DNA of 64,000 nucleotides from Amoebidium appalachense (GCA_963693365.1 CAVNZM010000016.1:708595-772594), one strand, 5' to 3'. Counted from the first letter of the stretch, positions 48,378 to 62,624 are shown. The notes: a model not told the origin generated them from the sequence alone. Numbers and translations are program-made.

Positions 48378-49963
48378 ATGGAACTATCTCATGCCACGGC
48401 AGACGCATTCACTCCACATACAGACACAGAAGAGAATTCTCACACACGCCTAGTCCTGGTTATGGAGCAAGACGAAGATCTCTCAGAACATGAGAATGTT
48501 GATCCGACCGCCCTGTTGCTCATGGCTATTGAGGAGGGGAATGAGCAGTGGGCTAGGAATGCCATAGCGAGACAAGCAGATGTAAACGCTGTGTGCCCCT
48601 CTGGCAACACAGCCATCAGCGAAGCAGCATACAAGGGCCTACTCAACATCATGTTCATGTTGAAGGAAGCAGGCGCAGATCTGAACTCGCAAGGAGAGGG
48701 GGGGAGTCCCACCTTAGGAATGGCCGTTTTTGGGCAGAGGGAAGAGGCAGTTAGGCTGCTCCTTGCATGGGGTGCAACTATGCCACAGACAAGCGCCGCT
48801 GATTGCTCTCTTTTGACGATTGCGGCGTGGACGGGAAATGCACGGGTGATGCGTCTCTTGCTGGACACACACAGTGAGCATGAAACACACGAGCAGTTGT
48901 GGAGTCCTTTGGTGGTGGCAGCGGCATCTGGTCGCGCGGATTTGGTAAAGGTGGGTTGAAATTACTGTAGGCTATGGTTTTCGTCTCGTAACCTGTAAAT
49001 TGCACGTTGCACACCATGTTTTGCCCCTTTTGTCTCCTTAACTTCCTGACCGTGCTGTGTCATTTTGTGGATGCATTTTTGCGAGCCTTCACCTCTGGCT
49101 TTTTTTGTAATACTATTTGCAGTGGCCGTACTCTGTTGGGTTGCCGCCCAGCACTCACCGAACATGTGCGGATATAAGCAACATTTTGTGAGCTTGTTGG
49201 CCCGTAGATGGTTGTAACAACCATCACTGTGAATGCCTGCCTGCCAGTTTATGCTTCCTGTTCATCCCTCTCTTCTGAACTAACACTTTCCTTTCTCCAA
49301 CAGGTGCTCTTGGACAGCGGCAGCATCGTTACCACAGAGGCGCTTTTCGCAGCTGCACGGCAGGGCTATGCTGACTGTCTCTTCCATATGCTCACCACGA
49401 CACACACACAGGCGGATATCGGAACGTTGGTTCTAGATGGGAAAACTTTGCTCATTGAGGGCGCAGACAGAGGGTACCCGGAAATAGTATCCGTGATTTT
49501 GAGGTTTACCCGGGTGATGAATGAGAGGGAGGGGGAGGGGAGAACTGCGCTTGTGGTGTGTGCGGAGAGAGGACATGTTGAATGTGCGCGAGAGTTGATA
49601 GATGCAGGGGCGGATATGGAAGCAACGAACAAAGATGGGAAAACTCCATTACACATCGCGGCGTCTAAAGGAAACCGCCCTTTGTGCGCTTTGCTTTTGG
49701 CACGAGCGGCGCGTTTTGACATGGAGGATGAGCATGGGAATACACCGGCCATGCTGGCGGAGGCGGGCGGACACAAGGATTTGGCAGTGATGTTAGCCAG
49801 GCAGAGGGGAAATGAGACGTTGGTTGCTAAGTGCACAAGGATGATTAGGGATGTCATTTTCTGTAGATTGCCCGAACATGGGAGGTGGTCAGGGGTGGTG
49901 GCAGGGGAGATGCAGGGCTTGCCCGAAGAGCTCAGCATGTTTGTAACTGTCCATACACGCTAA
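48378..49963 (+). CDS. Ankyrin-repeat protein, ~410 aa
   Basis: Exons 48378-48950 and 49304-49963 (CTAAC branch site). Repeats such as GNTAISEAAYKG, GRTALVVCAERG, GKTPLHIAASKG, GNTPAMLA. Confidence 0.92.
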
Positions 49964-50609
49964 GTTTGTTCTGTAGCTTTCCTTTTTTGGTTGTGAGTGT
50001 GTGGGGAGGGGGCGGGGAGAGGGGGGGGAATGGGAGAGGAAATAGCTTTTCCAGCGCACGCGTTCTTATTGGATTTTTTCATGGTGACGTGTATGAAGTA
50101 TAGGGAGTATTCAGTGCTAAATTGTCACATGTGAACTGAGCACAAGGCCTGCAGCTATTTATTGTAACGAATGGTGTACTTGTTGGCTGCTTTTTCCCAC
50201 GAGATTCGGTAGTTCTTTTGGCTTTATAATGTCAAGGAACCTTATATTTGGAACGAATGTTCACATGGCGGCTGCCTGGATGCGGGTTATAGCTGAAAGA
50301 ACCTGATTATTTTGTTGTTTAAGTGCAATGGTAGCATGCTTTTCGGTAACGAAGTAAAAAGCCTCAGGCTTATATAATCGGTCTAACAGCCTGTTTCAGT
50401 GATAACCACCCTCCCTCCCCCTTCCTCCTCTGCGTCCCTCCCCCCTTAAACACACAAAGATACACACGAACCCCCTATGGTTTGCTGCACAGTCTGCTTG
50501 ATCGGCACACACTTTCTTGGCTTCTTCAAAAGGCTTGACTGATCGACTGTGTTCAAAGCACCCACTCCCGTGACAAACGGGCCCGTCTCGAAGTCCTTCC
50601 CCTCCCCCC

Positions 50610-50643
<34 letters not shown>

Positions 50644-51111
50644 CTCCCTCCCTCCCTCCCCTCTTTCCTTGCCCACGACCGATGGGTTGGATAGCAACCT
50701 GACACTGCCCAAGCTGAACATTGGGCTGTTCATGTGTTTCCTTTTTTTCTTTTTTTTTTTCTTCTTCGTTTTTTTTTTTTTTTTTTTTTTTTTTTCCCGG
50801 CCCCGTCGAAAGGAATGCTACTTTGATGCCGTATTAATGATTCAGTGCGCGCTATGTTATCATTGGAATGCGGCTGCAGGGGCCTTTTTCCGTGGTCTCA
50901 TTCCGAGGGCCGTGCTTTTTCTCTATTTTTTTTTGACCGACAACTTGCTGCGGCTTTGAGCCCCTTGAAACGAGACGCGTCAGCTGTAGTCTACACTAAA
51001 GAATCGTTTGTTCACTGTTTGAGAAACTCCTCGAGGGAGAATTATTGAGGGGCTTATTTGTAAAAACCCGAAAAGAAGCTGTAATATACGCGATTCACAC
51101 GTACAACACCA

Positions 51112-51219
51112 CCGTACGTGGTAATTCGAAGCCGGGTGCATAACCCACACCACACGCGCCATCTTCCGTACGTGGTAATTCGAAGCCGGGTGCATAACCC
51201 ACACCACACGCGCCATCTT
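51112..51219. repeat. Perfect 54-bp tandem duplication just upstream of the C2-OTU start codon
   Basis: CCGTACGTGGTAATTCGAAGCCGGGTGCATAACCCACACCACACGCGCCATCTT x2. Confidence 0.92.
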
Positions 51220-51272
51220 CAAACCCACTCGTCACTTTGTATTATCACAGTGTGGTAGTAACAGCTGCAACG

Positions 51273-52783
51273 ATGGCCAAGGTTCATGCCATACTCTACG
51301 TAAAGGTGGGTTCAGGAGAGGAGTAACTAACGGGACGAAATAAGGACTGACCGAAGGGCGAGGAGGAGGGGGCCGGGCGAGCCGGGGCGGGGGGGGGGGG
51401 GGGGGAGGAGGGGGGGGAGGGGGGGGGGGGAGCAGAGGAGGAGCGGAGGCATAAGATAGCTTACCAGGTGAGAATGGTTTTTCTCTAATTTTCTTCATAC
51501 CCGCTGCTTAATGTTTTACGGCTGTATTTTAACTTCCTGCAAACCTGTCCTGCAAAATCTAACCCCCTCTCGCCCTTCCCTCTCCCCCTTCCCCTTTTTC
51601 CCCTACCACCTTAGGCCTCAAAAATGAAAGCACACATCCACCACACACACACAGTCTTCCTGCAGGGCATGGCCTTAGCTGTATTTGAAATGCCTTCCCC
51701 CTTCCGCCCCCCAACCCCCTTTGCATGTTTCTTTCAGCCTACCCCTGTTTCACCCGCTCCGCCCCTACAACACAACTTGCACACTTGCAATCCTCCAAAA
51801 GGATGTGAGTGGGTGCCCCCACACGTTTAGGGACACATTTTTATCATAATAGAAGGTTGGTACTATGTCTTACAGTTGGTGTGTACGTAGACTAGTAGCC
51901 GTTAATGCCTGCCCCCCCTTCTCCTCCGCCTTTCCTCCCATTCAGCCTTCACAGCCACACACGAAAGGACCCAGCCCCCTCCCTCCCTCCCCTCCCCCCC
52001 CCCCCCTCCCCCCCCCCCCCCCCTCCCCCGACACCGGTATACCGTCGTGCTTGCCACAATAGGAAAGGCATGCCACCCTCTCATACATGCTTATCATAGT
52101 GGGAAACTCAAATTCTCACGTAAACTCCTAGTAAAAGGTTCGCACTCCACTCCCCCCCCCCACCCCCTCCCCAATATCATATTGTGGAAGCTCTTTATCA
52201 CATACTTTATCTGGAATCCTCTTACACGCTTGCCATAACAGGAAGGTACACCCAAAGGCTCACAGCCCCCCCCCCCCCCCCTCCCCTCCCCCTGATAAAT
52301 TACACAACCATACTGTGCTAATATAGGGAACTCTCATTACTTAACTATGTTTGGAAACTCGACACTTGCCAAATTAGGAAGGTCGCAACCTCCCAGCCAA
52401 GGATTCCAACGGCCTCTCCGACCCCTACTGCAAGATATACGTGGGGAAACACAAACCAGTCAAAAGTACTGTGTGCAAAAAAACATTGTCGCCGAAATGG
52501 GAACCCCCAATCGAGGTGCCGTTTGAGTTTGTGCCGGGGGAGGAGAGCGAAGGGTATGTGAAGATAGAGGTCTATGATAAGGTGCGTGTTTGTTTTTTTT
52601 GTTTTGTTTTTTGTTTCTGTTTTTTTCTGGGGGGGGGGGGGGGGGGGGGGGGGGGGACGGAAGGTTCATGTTCAAGTAAGTTTTTTCCCCTTAACCTGTG
52701 TTCAATCACAGTGTGGGTTTTCTGGTGTTGAGGTTTTGGGAGGCAGGACCACTGGAGGTAAGAAGTGGAAGGAGGCAGGAGCT

Positions 52784-52817
<34 letters not shown>

Positions 52818-52990
52818 GGAAGGGGGGGGGGGGGAGGGGGGGGGGGAGGAAGGGGGGGGGGGGGGGGGGGGGGGGCTGGCTGATCTGTGTAGCATAATTG
52901 ATACTAGGCAGTCAGAAAACACCGGGGTAATATGTGGCCTAAAGCCCTATACAGACACAAAAGTATTCTTTGCTCATGTGCACCTGTAAC

Positions 52991-53033
<43 letters not shown>

Positions 53034-53450
53034 ACACGCTCAAAGACGACCACATGGGTGTAGTGTACGTGCATCTACCCCATAAGGTCGATGAACCAAT
53101 CTACACGGATCTGTGGCTGCCACTCGAATTGAAACATGTAACCGTCCCCCTCCCCCCTCCCCCCTCCTCCCCCCCCTCCCCCTCCCCCCTCCCCCTCCCC
53201 CTTCTTCCCCAAAACACCCACCCACCACCATCACCACCTTCCTCTGTCAGCCCGATATTTTCCCCTTTCTGAATACGCATGAGCACCTTTTTTCATCACG
53301 AACCGGAGCTCCAACAATGTAAGGATGTGTTGAACGGTCACGGAGATGGTGGTAGCAACGCCCGGGCGGTGTTTTTGTGGGGGGGGGGGGGGGGGGGGGG
53401 GGGCAGGAAGGGGGAGGGGGGAGGGGGGGATTGGGGTGCGTGTGTGGAAA

Positions 53451-53483
<33 letters not shown>

Positions 53484-53635
53484 AGGGAGGGATTTGCAAA
53501 AAAAATTATAAATAAATTGTGCATTTGTCTTTATACTTTTCTGATTTGGCCTTTTTGGGTGGTGTGGGTGCTGCATGTGAAACGTTTATGGTGGGTTTTG
53601 GTATGTTGGGGGGTATGCGTCGCGGCGCGGCGGGG

Positions 53636-53679
<44 letters not shown>

Positions 53680-54041
53680 CTCTGGAGTGGAATGTTTGAT
53701 GGTGGTGGTGATGTTTTCTTCTTCTTCTGTTTTTATTTTTCGAGGGGCGGGAGGGGGGGGGGGGGAGTCGTGTGTGTGTGTGGGGGGGGGGGAGGGGGGA
53801 GGAGGATGGTGGCTGAACGAGTGGAAGATTAAGAGTGATTAGTGTGAGACTAACTGTGTGGGCACAGGGCAAGACGGAGGGAGAGATGTTTGTTGGCCTG
53901 AGGATGCAGAGGGAGGCATTTAATGTGCTGGAGGGGTTACCTACAGTCTGTGCAGATAGCAGCATGGGTATGTGTGCACACACACACAGACAGAGAGTGA
54001 GCAAGGGGAGGGGGGGGGGGGGAGACACACCCATACGAACG

Positions 54042-54139
<98 letters not shown>

Positions 54140-54465
54140 CACATATACACACATTTGCGAGCACACACACAAACCCACACACGGGCTCATACCCGCATGT
54201 CGTCACGTGCAAGCACACACACACAAACACAGACACACAGACAAACAGACCCGCAACCACGCAGGTGTGCGCATATACACACAGAACACGATTGAGTGAG
54301 GGGAGGGGGGGGGGTGCGGGAGGAAGAGGGAGGAGCGGGGGGGAGGGAATAGAGAGATGGGAAAGAGAAGAGGGAGAGAGAGAGAAGAGAGGGGGAGAGT
54401 AAGAGACCGAGAGAAGGGGGGGGGGGGGGGGGGAGAGAGAGACAGAGACAGAGAGAGGGAGAGAC

Positions 54466-54500
<35 letters not shown>

Positions 54501-54626
54501 CTCTTACAAGAGGGAGCTATAGAAGGGGGGGGGGGGGGGGGAGATGCACATATACACACCGTGACACACACACACGCACGCGCGTGCATACACACGCACA
54601 CACACACACACACACACATACACACA

Positions 54627-54703
<77 letters not shown>

Positions 54704-54729
54704 GCACACACACACACACATACACACAG

Positions 54730-54763
<34 letters not shown>

Positions 54764-55469
54764 ACGCAGGCACACACACACACACGAAGGTACACCCACA
54801 AGGGCGCACGCGCGCACACACACATCTGAGGAACAGAGACAGAGACATGTACTCGCTCACACACATACATTATGATCGGAAAACAAAAAGTTTCATTTTG
54901 AAGATGAGCAGGTGGGGGGGGCGGGGGGGGGGGGGGGGGGGGGGGGGGGGGTGGGAGGGACGGTTTGTGTGTTAGGTTTATTTTTATATTATTTTTTTAG
55001 TTGTACCAATAAGACTCTTGAGAGTCAGGAAATGCCCAAAACGTATACCAACCAGTGACGATTTTTTGACCAATCAGATCAAACGATTATTTCGCGGCTC
55101 ACCCAAGAGACCCAACCACGTCTCTTCTTTACGGTCGTACCTCGGGTGTTGATCGTCATGAGAAGAAAGGCCCAGGCAGCTAGGGAGAGGGTGGCGGATG
55201 GAACGGCTCAGAAACCAACACTGGGGGTGAGTTTTATGAGTTTTGATTTATTTATGTTTTATTATTATTTTTTGGTGTGTTCTTTTTATATTTTCAGACT
55301 TTATTTTAGTTCCATGGAGGCATGTGCAGGGGGATTTCCGTATTTGAACGTTTGAGTTGTTTTTCGATTTTCGATAATGTGGATTTGCTCTCATTTCTTG
55401 TTCTGAGGGTGAATTTGCTTGACATTTGAATATCAAAATCCATAACTGTGTGTGTGTGTGTGTGGTGTG

Positions 55470-55529
<60 letters not shown>

Positions 55530-55914
55530 TGTGTGCGTGTGTGCGTGTGTGTGCGTGTGTATTCATAACTGTTTGAAAAAAATTACACGAGGCTTAGTTC
55601 GATCGAAGCCCGCATTGGCGGTGGCTATTTCGACCTTCTGATGATGGGCTCTGTTCAATTGTACTGTGCCTGCACAAGTGTTTATCCTTTCGTCTTTTGC
55701 GCTTTTGTCTTTGTGGGTTTCAGTGTCATGGCATGACAACCCCTATTGCACACAACACTCCCCTCCCCCCCCCCCCCATTCGGTCACCCGTCCCTCCCTT
55801 ACAGACATGCTTACATGTAGAAAAACACAAATGTTGTTCCCCGTGTGTCTCTTCTCTTTCCCCCTGCCTTTATTAGTGTGGGCTTTTGCTGTTTTACGTG
55901 CACCAAATACTCAA

Positions 55915-55956
<42 letters not shown>

Positions 55957-56090
55957 GGGGGGCAATGATTGTGCTGTGATTGTCTTTAATCCACCGCACA
56001 CAGACAACACACTCTCACAAGACTGATAGACCCGCTCAAACCTACCCTTCCCACCCACCAACCCCCTCGCGCGCACAGCCACATGCACAT

Positions 56091-56158
<68 letters not shown>

Positions 56159-56308
56159 CCATCCATCTACCCCCCCCCCCCCACACACACACACACACCC
56201 ATCCACCCATCTACCCCCCCCCCCCCCCCAAACACACACACACACACCCATCCACCCACCCACCGACCCACCCATCCACCCATCTACCCCCCCCCCTCCC
56301 CCGCCCCG

Positions 56309-56390
<82 letters not shown>

Positions 56391-57219
56391 ACACCTCACC
56401 CCACACACTCACACACATACACACAAAGAAATCCACCAGTCTAGGTTCACGCGAAAACGACATTTCGGAGCAAAAACGACAACTTGCCGACCGGCTCAAA
56501 CTCCTGGGAATGGAGCAGATTGCTATGGAAGACGATGGAAATTGCCAATTTAGGTCATTCAGCCACCAACTGTACGGCACCCAGGTGGGCACCTTTCCTA
56601 ATTTGGTAGCTACCTAATCAGGAAATGGCTATGTTAGAATGAGTGATTTGCGTGAAACTTATAGGTGGGCATCGTCCTATATAGTGTGGGTACCTAATTA
56701 GGGAAAAGATACGCTGGTATGAGTGTTTGAGGTGAAACTTATCGTAGACACCTTTTATATAGTAGCTATTTAGAAAGGAAACAGCAATGCTCGTGCATGC
56801 TTTCCATTAGACGACAAAGTATTGTTATTTATTTGTTTTTGACATTTGACCCGATTTACCGATCGAAATGTATTGAAACCTATACCTAGAAGAGCCCTTT
56901 TTTTTGTTTACCCCCCCCCCCCCCCCCCCCCCCCCACCCACCACCACCACCACTTCCCACCCTCCCCCTTCCCGACGCTCTTTCCCCCCCTTTTCCCACT
57001 TCTCCAAGGGTTCACATCATGTGTAGATGTGTGTGTGTGTGTGTGCCCTTCTTTGTGTGTTTTGGGAAACTTACATAGCGGCTTTGGATGATGTATATGT
57101 AGATAACACGCCTTTCCCCCCCCCCCACTTTGAAGCGTGTGCTTGCACAGAGGCACACATACCGCACGCGCACGCGCACACGTGCACACAAACGCACACC
57201 CTCCCCCTCCTACCCCTTC

Positions 57220-57250
<31 letters not shown>

Positions 57251-57335
57251 ACACACCGTCCCTCCCCCCCCCCCCCCCCCCTCCCCCCCCCTCCCACCCC
57301 CTCCCGCACACACGCACACACACCCTCTCCCCCCC

Positions 57336-57383
<48 letters not shown>

Positions 57384-58464
57384 ATTACCACGGTGCTCTT
57401 CGCAAGCTGTGCTGTCAGCACATGGAAGCACACTCGGACGGGTTCGAGTTCTATTTCGAATCCAAAAACGAGTGGGTGGATTATTTGCGCAAAATGAAAA
57501 TGAACAGAACGTGGGGGGATGAACTTACACTAAAGGCTATGTGTGATATGATGGGGACAGAGGTGGGTGCTTTCTTCCCTTAAAGACACACGTGCACACG
57601 TGCACATACACACACACACATACACACACACACACACATACATACACACACACACATACATACACACACACACATACATACACACACACGTGTGCATTCA
57701 GACGCGCACACGCCACGTACGCACGTGCCTACACACACGCGCACACACACATACTCAAGCACACACACACGCACACACTCATGCTCAAGCACATATACAC
57801 GTGCACGCGCGCGCACTCCCCCCCCCCTCCCCCACTACATAGAGCATTTCTCTGCTTATGATGAATTCCCTTTTCTACATTTTGTTGTCCGTCTTTAATG
57901 CGCATTTCGTAGTCTGCAACACATTCTGACCCCCCCTTCTTCCCTGCACACACACACAAACACAAACACACACAAACACACGCATGCACACCACACACAC
58001 AGACAACACATACACATGCGCACGCGCACGCGCACCGCACCGGCACCCGCACGCACGCACGCACGCACGCACACACACACCCACACACACACACACACCC
58101 CCCCCCCCCCTTCGAGGATGGGCTCTGCTTATTATGCATACTCTTTATGTATGGCTTGCATTCTGCATCGTGTTATCCGTTTGTTCTTGTGTACTTCATA
58201 CTTTTTGACGCATTCAAAACCCCCCTCTCCCCCCCCCCCCCCCCCCCCCCCCCCAAACACGCACACACACACACACACACACAGGTGCACGTGGTAACAT
58301 CGACGCTCCAAAACTGGTACCTGAAATACACGCCGGAATCCTTCCGTGTGGAAGTAGATAAGAAGATATTTATTGCGTATATCTCGCCTATCCACTACAA
58401 TTCCTTGGCATGTCTGCCCACTGCGGGGAGTGGGATAGCGTTGGGCAAGACACTTACGCTGTAA
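51273..58464 (+). CDS. C2-domain + OTU deubiquitinase fusion, ~361 aa
   Basis: Exons 51273-51299, 52378-52581, 53033-53137, 53868-53967, 55078-55226, ~56445-56584, 57383-57562, 58285-58464. C2: [20 protein letters not shown]...KKTLSPKW...[18 protein letters not shown]: [16 protein letters not shown]...WGDELTL...HYNS. The exon5/6 junction is 1 nt short (G-run), or a small exon was missed. Confidence 0.88.
58114..58219. repeat. Dispersed intronic repeat family, copy C
   Basis: Reverse complement of 42177-42281; lies in the last intron of the C2-OTU gene. Confidence 0.85.
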
Positions 58465-59460
58465 CTTCAGTTTTTTTCTTATCGAAATATACAGATAATC
58501 GTCTAGGTGTGATGATGAAATTATATTGGAATATTGTTAGATAGACTAGCTGGAAGGAGTGAGAATACTGGTGGTTGGTAATGCACGTGCATGAATGTGA
58601 TGCTTAGTTGGATATCCAATAAAAATAGGTGTATCCAACGATCACTATCTAAGAATTTAGACTATGGTGAGATGGTTTTTTATAGATACCAGTAAAAAAG
58701 AAAACAAACAAAAATGTAGGAATATCGACACTTAATTACTAGCTATAGGTAGATATATCTTACTGCCCGCTTGGGGTGTAAACTGCCGATTGGCTGTCAA
58801 TAAAAACGTTGAGAAAAAGCGAATCCGATATCTGCAGGCAGCTGATCGACTAGTGTATTTCAATACAAATATCTCGGGATAAAAAATTCTTTTGGTGTAT
58901 CACCATCTCTCCACCTAGAGGGCCTGCAAAGGCTCTTCGGGAACAAAACGTGACAAAAATAATAATAAGAAGAAGTAAATAAGAATAATAATAATAATAG
59001 AATCACCGGCATCTCCCCGCCCGGCTTTATCGATCAGGGTTTCAAATTACGATTCGCTGGTGCGGTGTCACGGATTGGTCAATTTTCCCGCCAAAATCCT
59101 CCGCTTGACTCGAGGCTCCGACGGCGGTCACCACGCAAGAGCCTGGCACGTACTGACGGTGCCTGGGCTGCTATGAACTTGCCGTTCGCCTCACACCCGC
59201 TCCTTACACTCTCGCGACCGCGTGCATGCTTTCTCTCGCGGCGGCTCTACGGTCCCGAGAGTCCAGTATTCGCTGTTTGTGTAAGGAAAGATACGAGTCA
59301 CCTCAGTAGGTGTCAGTGCAAGAGCTCGAGTTTTACAGTTTAAGTTTGTTGTTTTTCTGATCTTTTGTTCTGGAGAAAAAGCTTTTGTTTTTGGAGCCAA
59401 AACAACGTGTTCACGTGCCCTTTTTTCAGATTCACCAACCCAAGCATTTGCCCGCTCAAC

Positions 59461-60739
59461 ATGAGTTTCGAGAAGGCCCTGTTTGTGAATCAGGAGGGGG
59501 CGGAGGAGTGCGAGTGTGCAATCTGCTTGGATATAGTCAAAAAACCCCATGTTGCCCTGTGCAAATACGAACACACATTCTGCGTCGACTGCATCACACC
59601 CGTAGCAGAAAAAAACTCCATCTGCCCAAAATAGATCTCCCACTGGCCGGACGGAAACATGTGCCTCTTACCGAACACTCCGCGGCACTATCGCGCCTTT
59701 ACAATGCACAGCGTGTATACTGCACTAACAAAGACAGGGTGTGTGCGGTTGTGTGTCCGCTGGGAGATTTCCCTGAGCACGCCAGTAAGTGCCCCCGCCG
59801 GTTGGTTGCGTGCCAGAACGAAGGGTGTGGCGTCACTCTGCCCGCGGATGAGTTGGACACGCACACACACAACGAGTGCCCCAAAAGGAGGGTTCGGTGT
59901 GAGCTGTGCGCAGAAGAGGTCCAGTACCCCGAAGTTGATGGTATGTTGAATATATGTGTGATGGAGTGCATGTGTCGGGCAGCTGTGAAATGTTCTTTGG
60001 TTGAAGCGTGCATGTGAGCGTGAAGCGTTGTTTCCTCTCCCCCCCTCGCCCCCCCCCCCCCCCCCCCCCTCCCTCCTCCCCTCCCACCGGCCTCCCCTTC
60101 TATCCCTGCCCACCTTCATCCCCCCCCTTCCCCCCTTCCCCCCTCCCCCCCCAGAGCTCTTGGTGATATCCTTTATCGTTTTTTTTTGGGCTCTTCCTCC
60201 TCCTCCTCTCCCCCCTCCCCCCATTCAGCCCCCGCAGCATCCCGCCTACACATACACGCTCCCCACCTCCTCCTGAGACTACTGTTTGGTACATTCTGGT
60301 TGTTTCTGGCTGCTCCTAAATTTGTCTACCCTTGCTATCGTTCCACTTACTGTTGATGCAGCGTCCCCTTATCGCTGGCTCCCAACCACACACACACACA
60401 GACGTGCGCGCTCGCACACACACTCACACACACACACACATGCGCGTGCGCACATACACACGCACACACGCATATGCACACGGACACACACACACACACA
60501 CACTTTCTCCCTCGAATCTTTCTCCCTCCCACCTCCCCTCTTTCTTCTTTCCCCTTTTCTCCTTTCCCCTTATTCTACCCCTTTATGTGCTATCAACAGT
60601 TTATCTCTTGTCCTCCTGGCCTTCTCTACCCCCACCCCTACACCTCTCCACGCTTCCTCAACTCATCCCCTGCTCCCTCCCCAAGCCGTGCGGCCACTCG
60701 TTCTCAACTCACCCCTGGCTATCCCTCCTCCATCCTATA

Positions 60740-60826
<87 letters not shown>

Positions 60827-61366
60827 TCTCCCCCTTCTCCCCCCCCGCCCCCCCTTGGCTCTGTCGCCCTCTCTGCCCCCTCCCTTCTCCCCTTCCTCCC
60901 TTCCTCCCTCCGTTCCTAACTCCCTCGCTCCCTCGCTTACTTCCCTTCCTGCCTCCTTCTCCCCCCCCCCCCCCCCCTTCCTCGCCGTGAAGCTTTCCTT
61001 CCCTAACTCCCCCCCCCCCCCCCCCCCTGCCCCCAACTGCGACCACCACCACCACTACCCTTTCCCTTCCATTCCCCAACTCTCCCTCACCCTCTTCTTT
61101 CTCCCCAACTCTCCCTCACCCATCGCACCCCACAGTTCCTCAATGCTCCTCTCTTGATTTTCTTTCAACATCCCTACTTAGCCCCATCTCAACCCCACCT
61201 CATCACCATGCTGATTTCCTTCTGCATCCGGCTTCTCTTATTGCTGAATGCCTTTCCCTCTTCTATCCGTTGGCGGGAAGGGGGGAAACGGGGGGGGGGG
61301 GGGGGGGGAGGGGGACAGAAATAGATTAGATTTGGAAGTTGGTTGCTTGAGGAGGAAGGGGGCAAG

Positions 61367-61405
<39 letters not shown>

Positions 61406-61525
61406 ACCACCACCACCACCACCACCTCATCCTCCTCCTCCTCCTCCTCCTCCTCCTCCACCACCACCACCACCCACCCACCCATCCAACCCCACCTCCA
61501 CCTCCCCACTCCACCACCACCACAC

Positions 61526-61563
<38 letters not shown>

Positions 61564-62624
61564 ACACACATCCCCCCCCCCCCCCCCCCCCCCTTCTACC
61601 TTAAGAGGCCCAACACACTCTCACAAACAACATCATTCCACTTAAACCATCGTTTTTAGTTCCTTCCCTTGCCATTATTTACGGCTGTAAATTGTTCTAT
61701 TCATAAGCAATGAAGCTTCACTACACCAAGACAAAGAATTCTCATTTGCTGTGTGCTTTCAACAGAACACAACAGAGCACAATTCTGCCTGTCGGGTAGA
61801 CTGTGAATGCGGGGTGGTGGTTGCTCGCAGCGGCCTGGAGGAGCACCGGGCAGCTGCCTGCCCCCAGACAGAAGTGTTGTGCCCCATGGCCGGGTGTGGG
61901 GCCAAAATACCCCGGGCACAGGTGGAGACACACCTTGCAGGTGCTATAACTGCCCATGTGTTGCTAGTGGCCAATGAAAACAGGCGCCTTGTGCGTGAGC
62001 TGGAAACGGAACGGGAGCAGCGGCAAAGGCGTGAATCAGAGCTGGAGAGAGAACTGAGCGAGGTCAAGTGATAACGTTTGGACCTACCGTTAGCCTGTTT
62101 GAGGTTTCTCAGGAAGGAAAATGTTCCCAATGAGCGGTTTTTTCCGAACGATGCTGCAGGCTCCCCTCGGTTGACACACAGGGTGTTACAGTGCGAATGG
62201 GGGGTGTTGCTGCCGGATTGGCCGGGCCGGTGGGTGTCAGAGAGCAAACGACCAAGACAACCCTGCCCTCTGGCTTCACCTTCCGCCTGCGGTTATACTT
62301 CAACGGAAGCACCGAAGACCACAAGAGCCACGTGTCTATTTACTACATTCCCCAGCCTGGGCCCAAATATGACAATCTGCAGTGGCCCTGCAAAAGAAAA
62401 ATTAAAGTCACACTTTTGGACCACGGCCCAATTGTCGCCATATGGTTGAACGTATTGACCCAATTGTTCACGACGCTGTTCGAGAGTGGATGGCTCGGGG
62501 CCGCCCAGAAGAGGAAATTGTAGAAGGACGGGGCCGGAATAAGTTTATTGCCTCTGCCGAGCTGCAAGGGGCTGGGCAGTATATTGTGGATGATGCCTTG
62601 TGGTTCTGGGTGCACATGGATTGA
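59461..62624 (+). CDS. TRAF-like protein (RING, TRAF zinc fingers, coiled coil, MATH), ~403 aa; two 1-nt frame breaks (assembly error or young pseudogene)
   Basis: Exons 59461-59940, 61776-62062 and 62182-62624 (second intron inferred). RING CAICLD...[11 protein letters not shown]...CP; zinc fingers [30 protein letters not shown]; [17 protein letters not shown]...HVSIY...YDNLQWP...YIVDDALWF. Breaks at ~59630 and ~62430. Confidence 0.82.

Noticed and set aside
51112-51219. CRISPR-like array
   Set aside because: Only two abutting units, no spacers, eukaryotic context.
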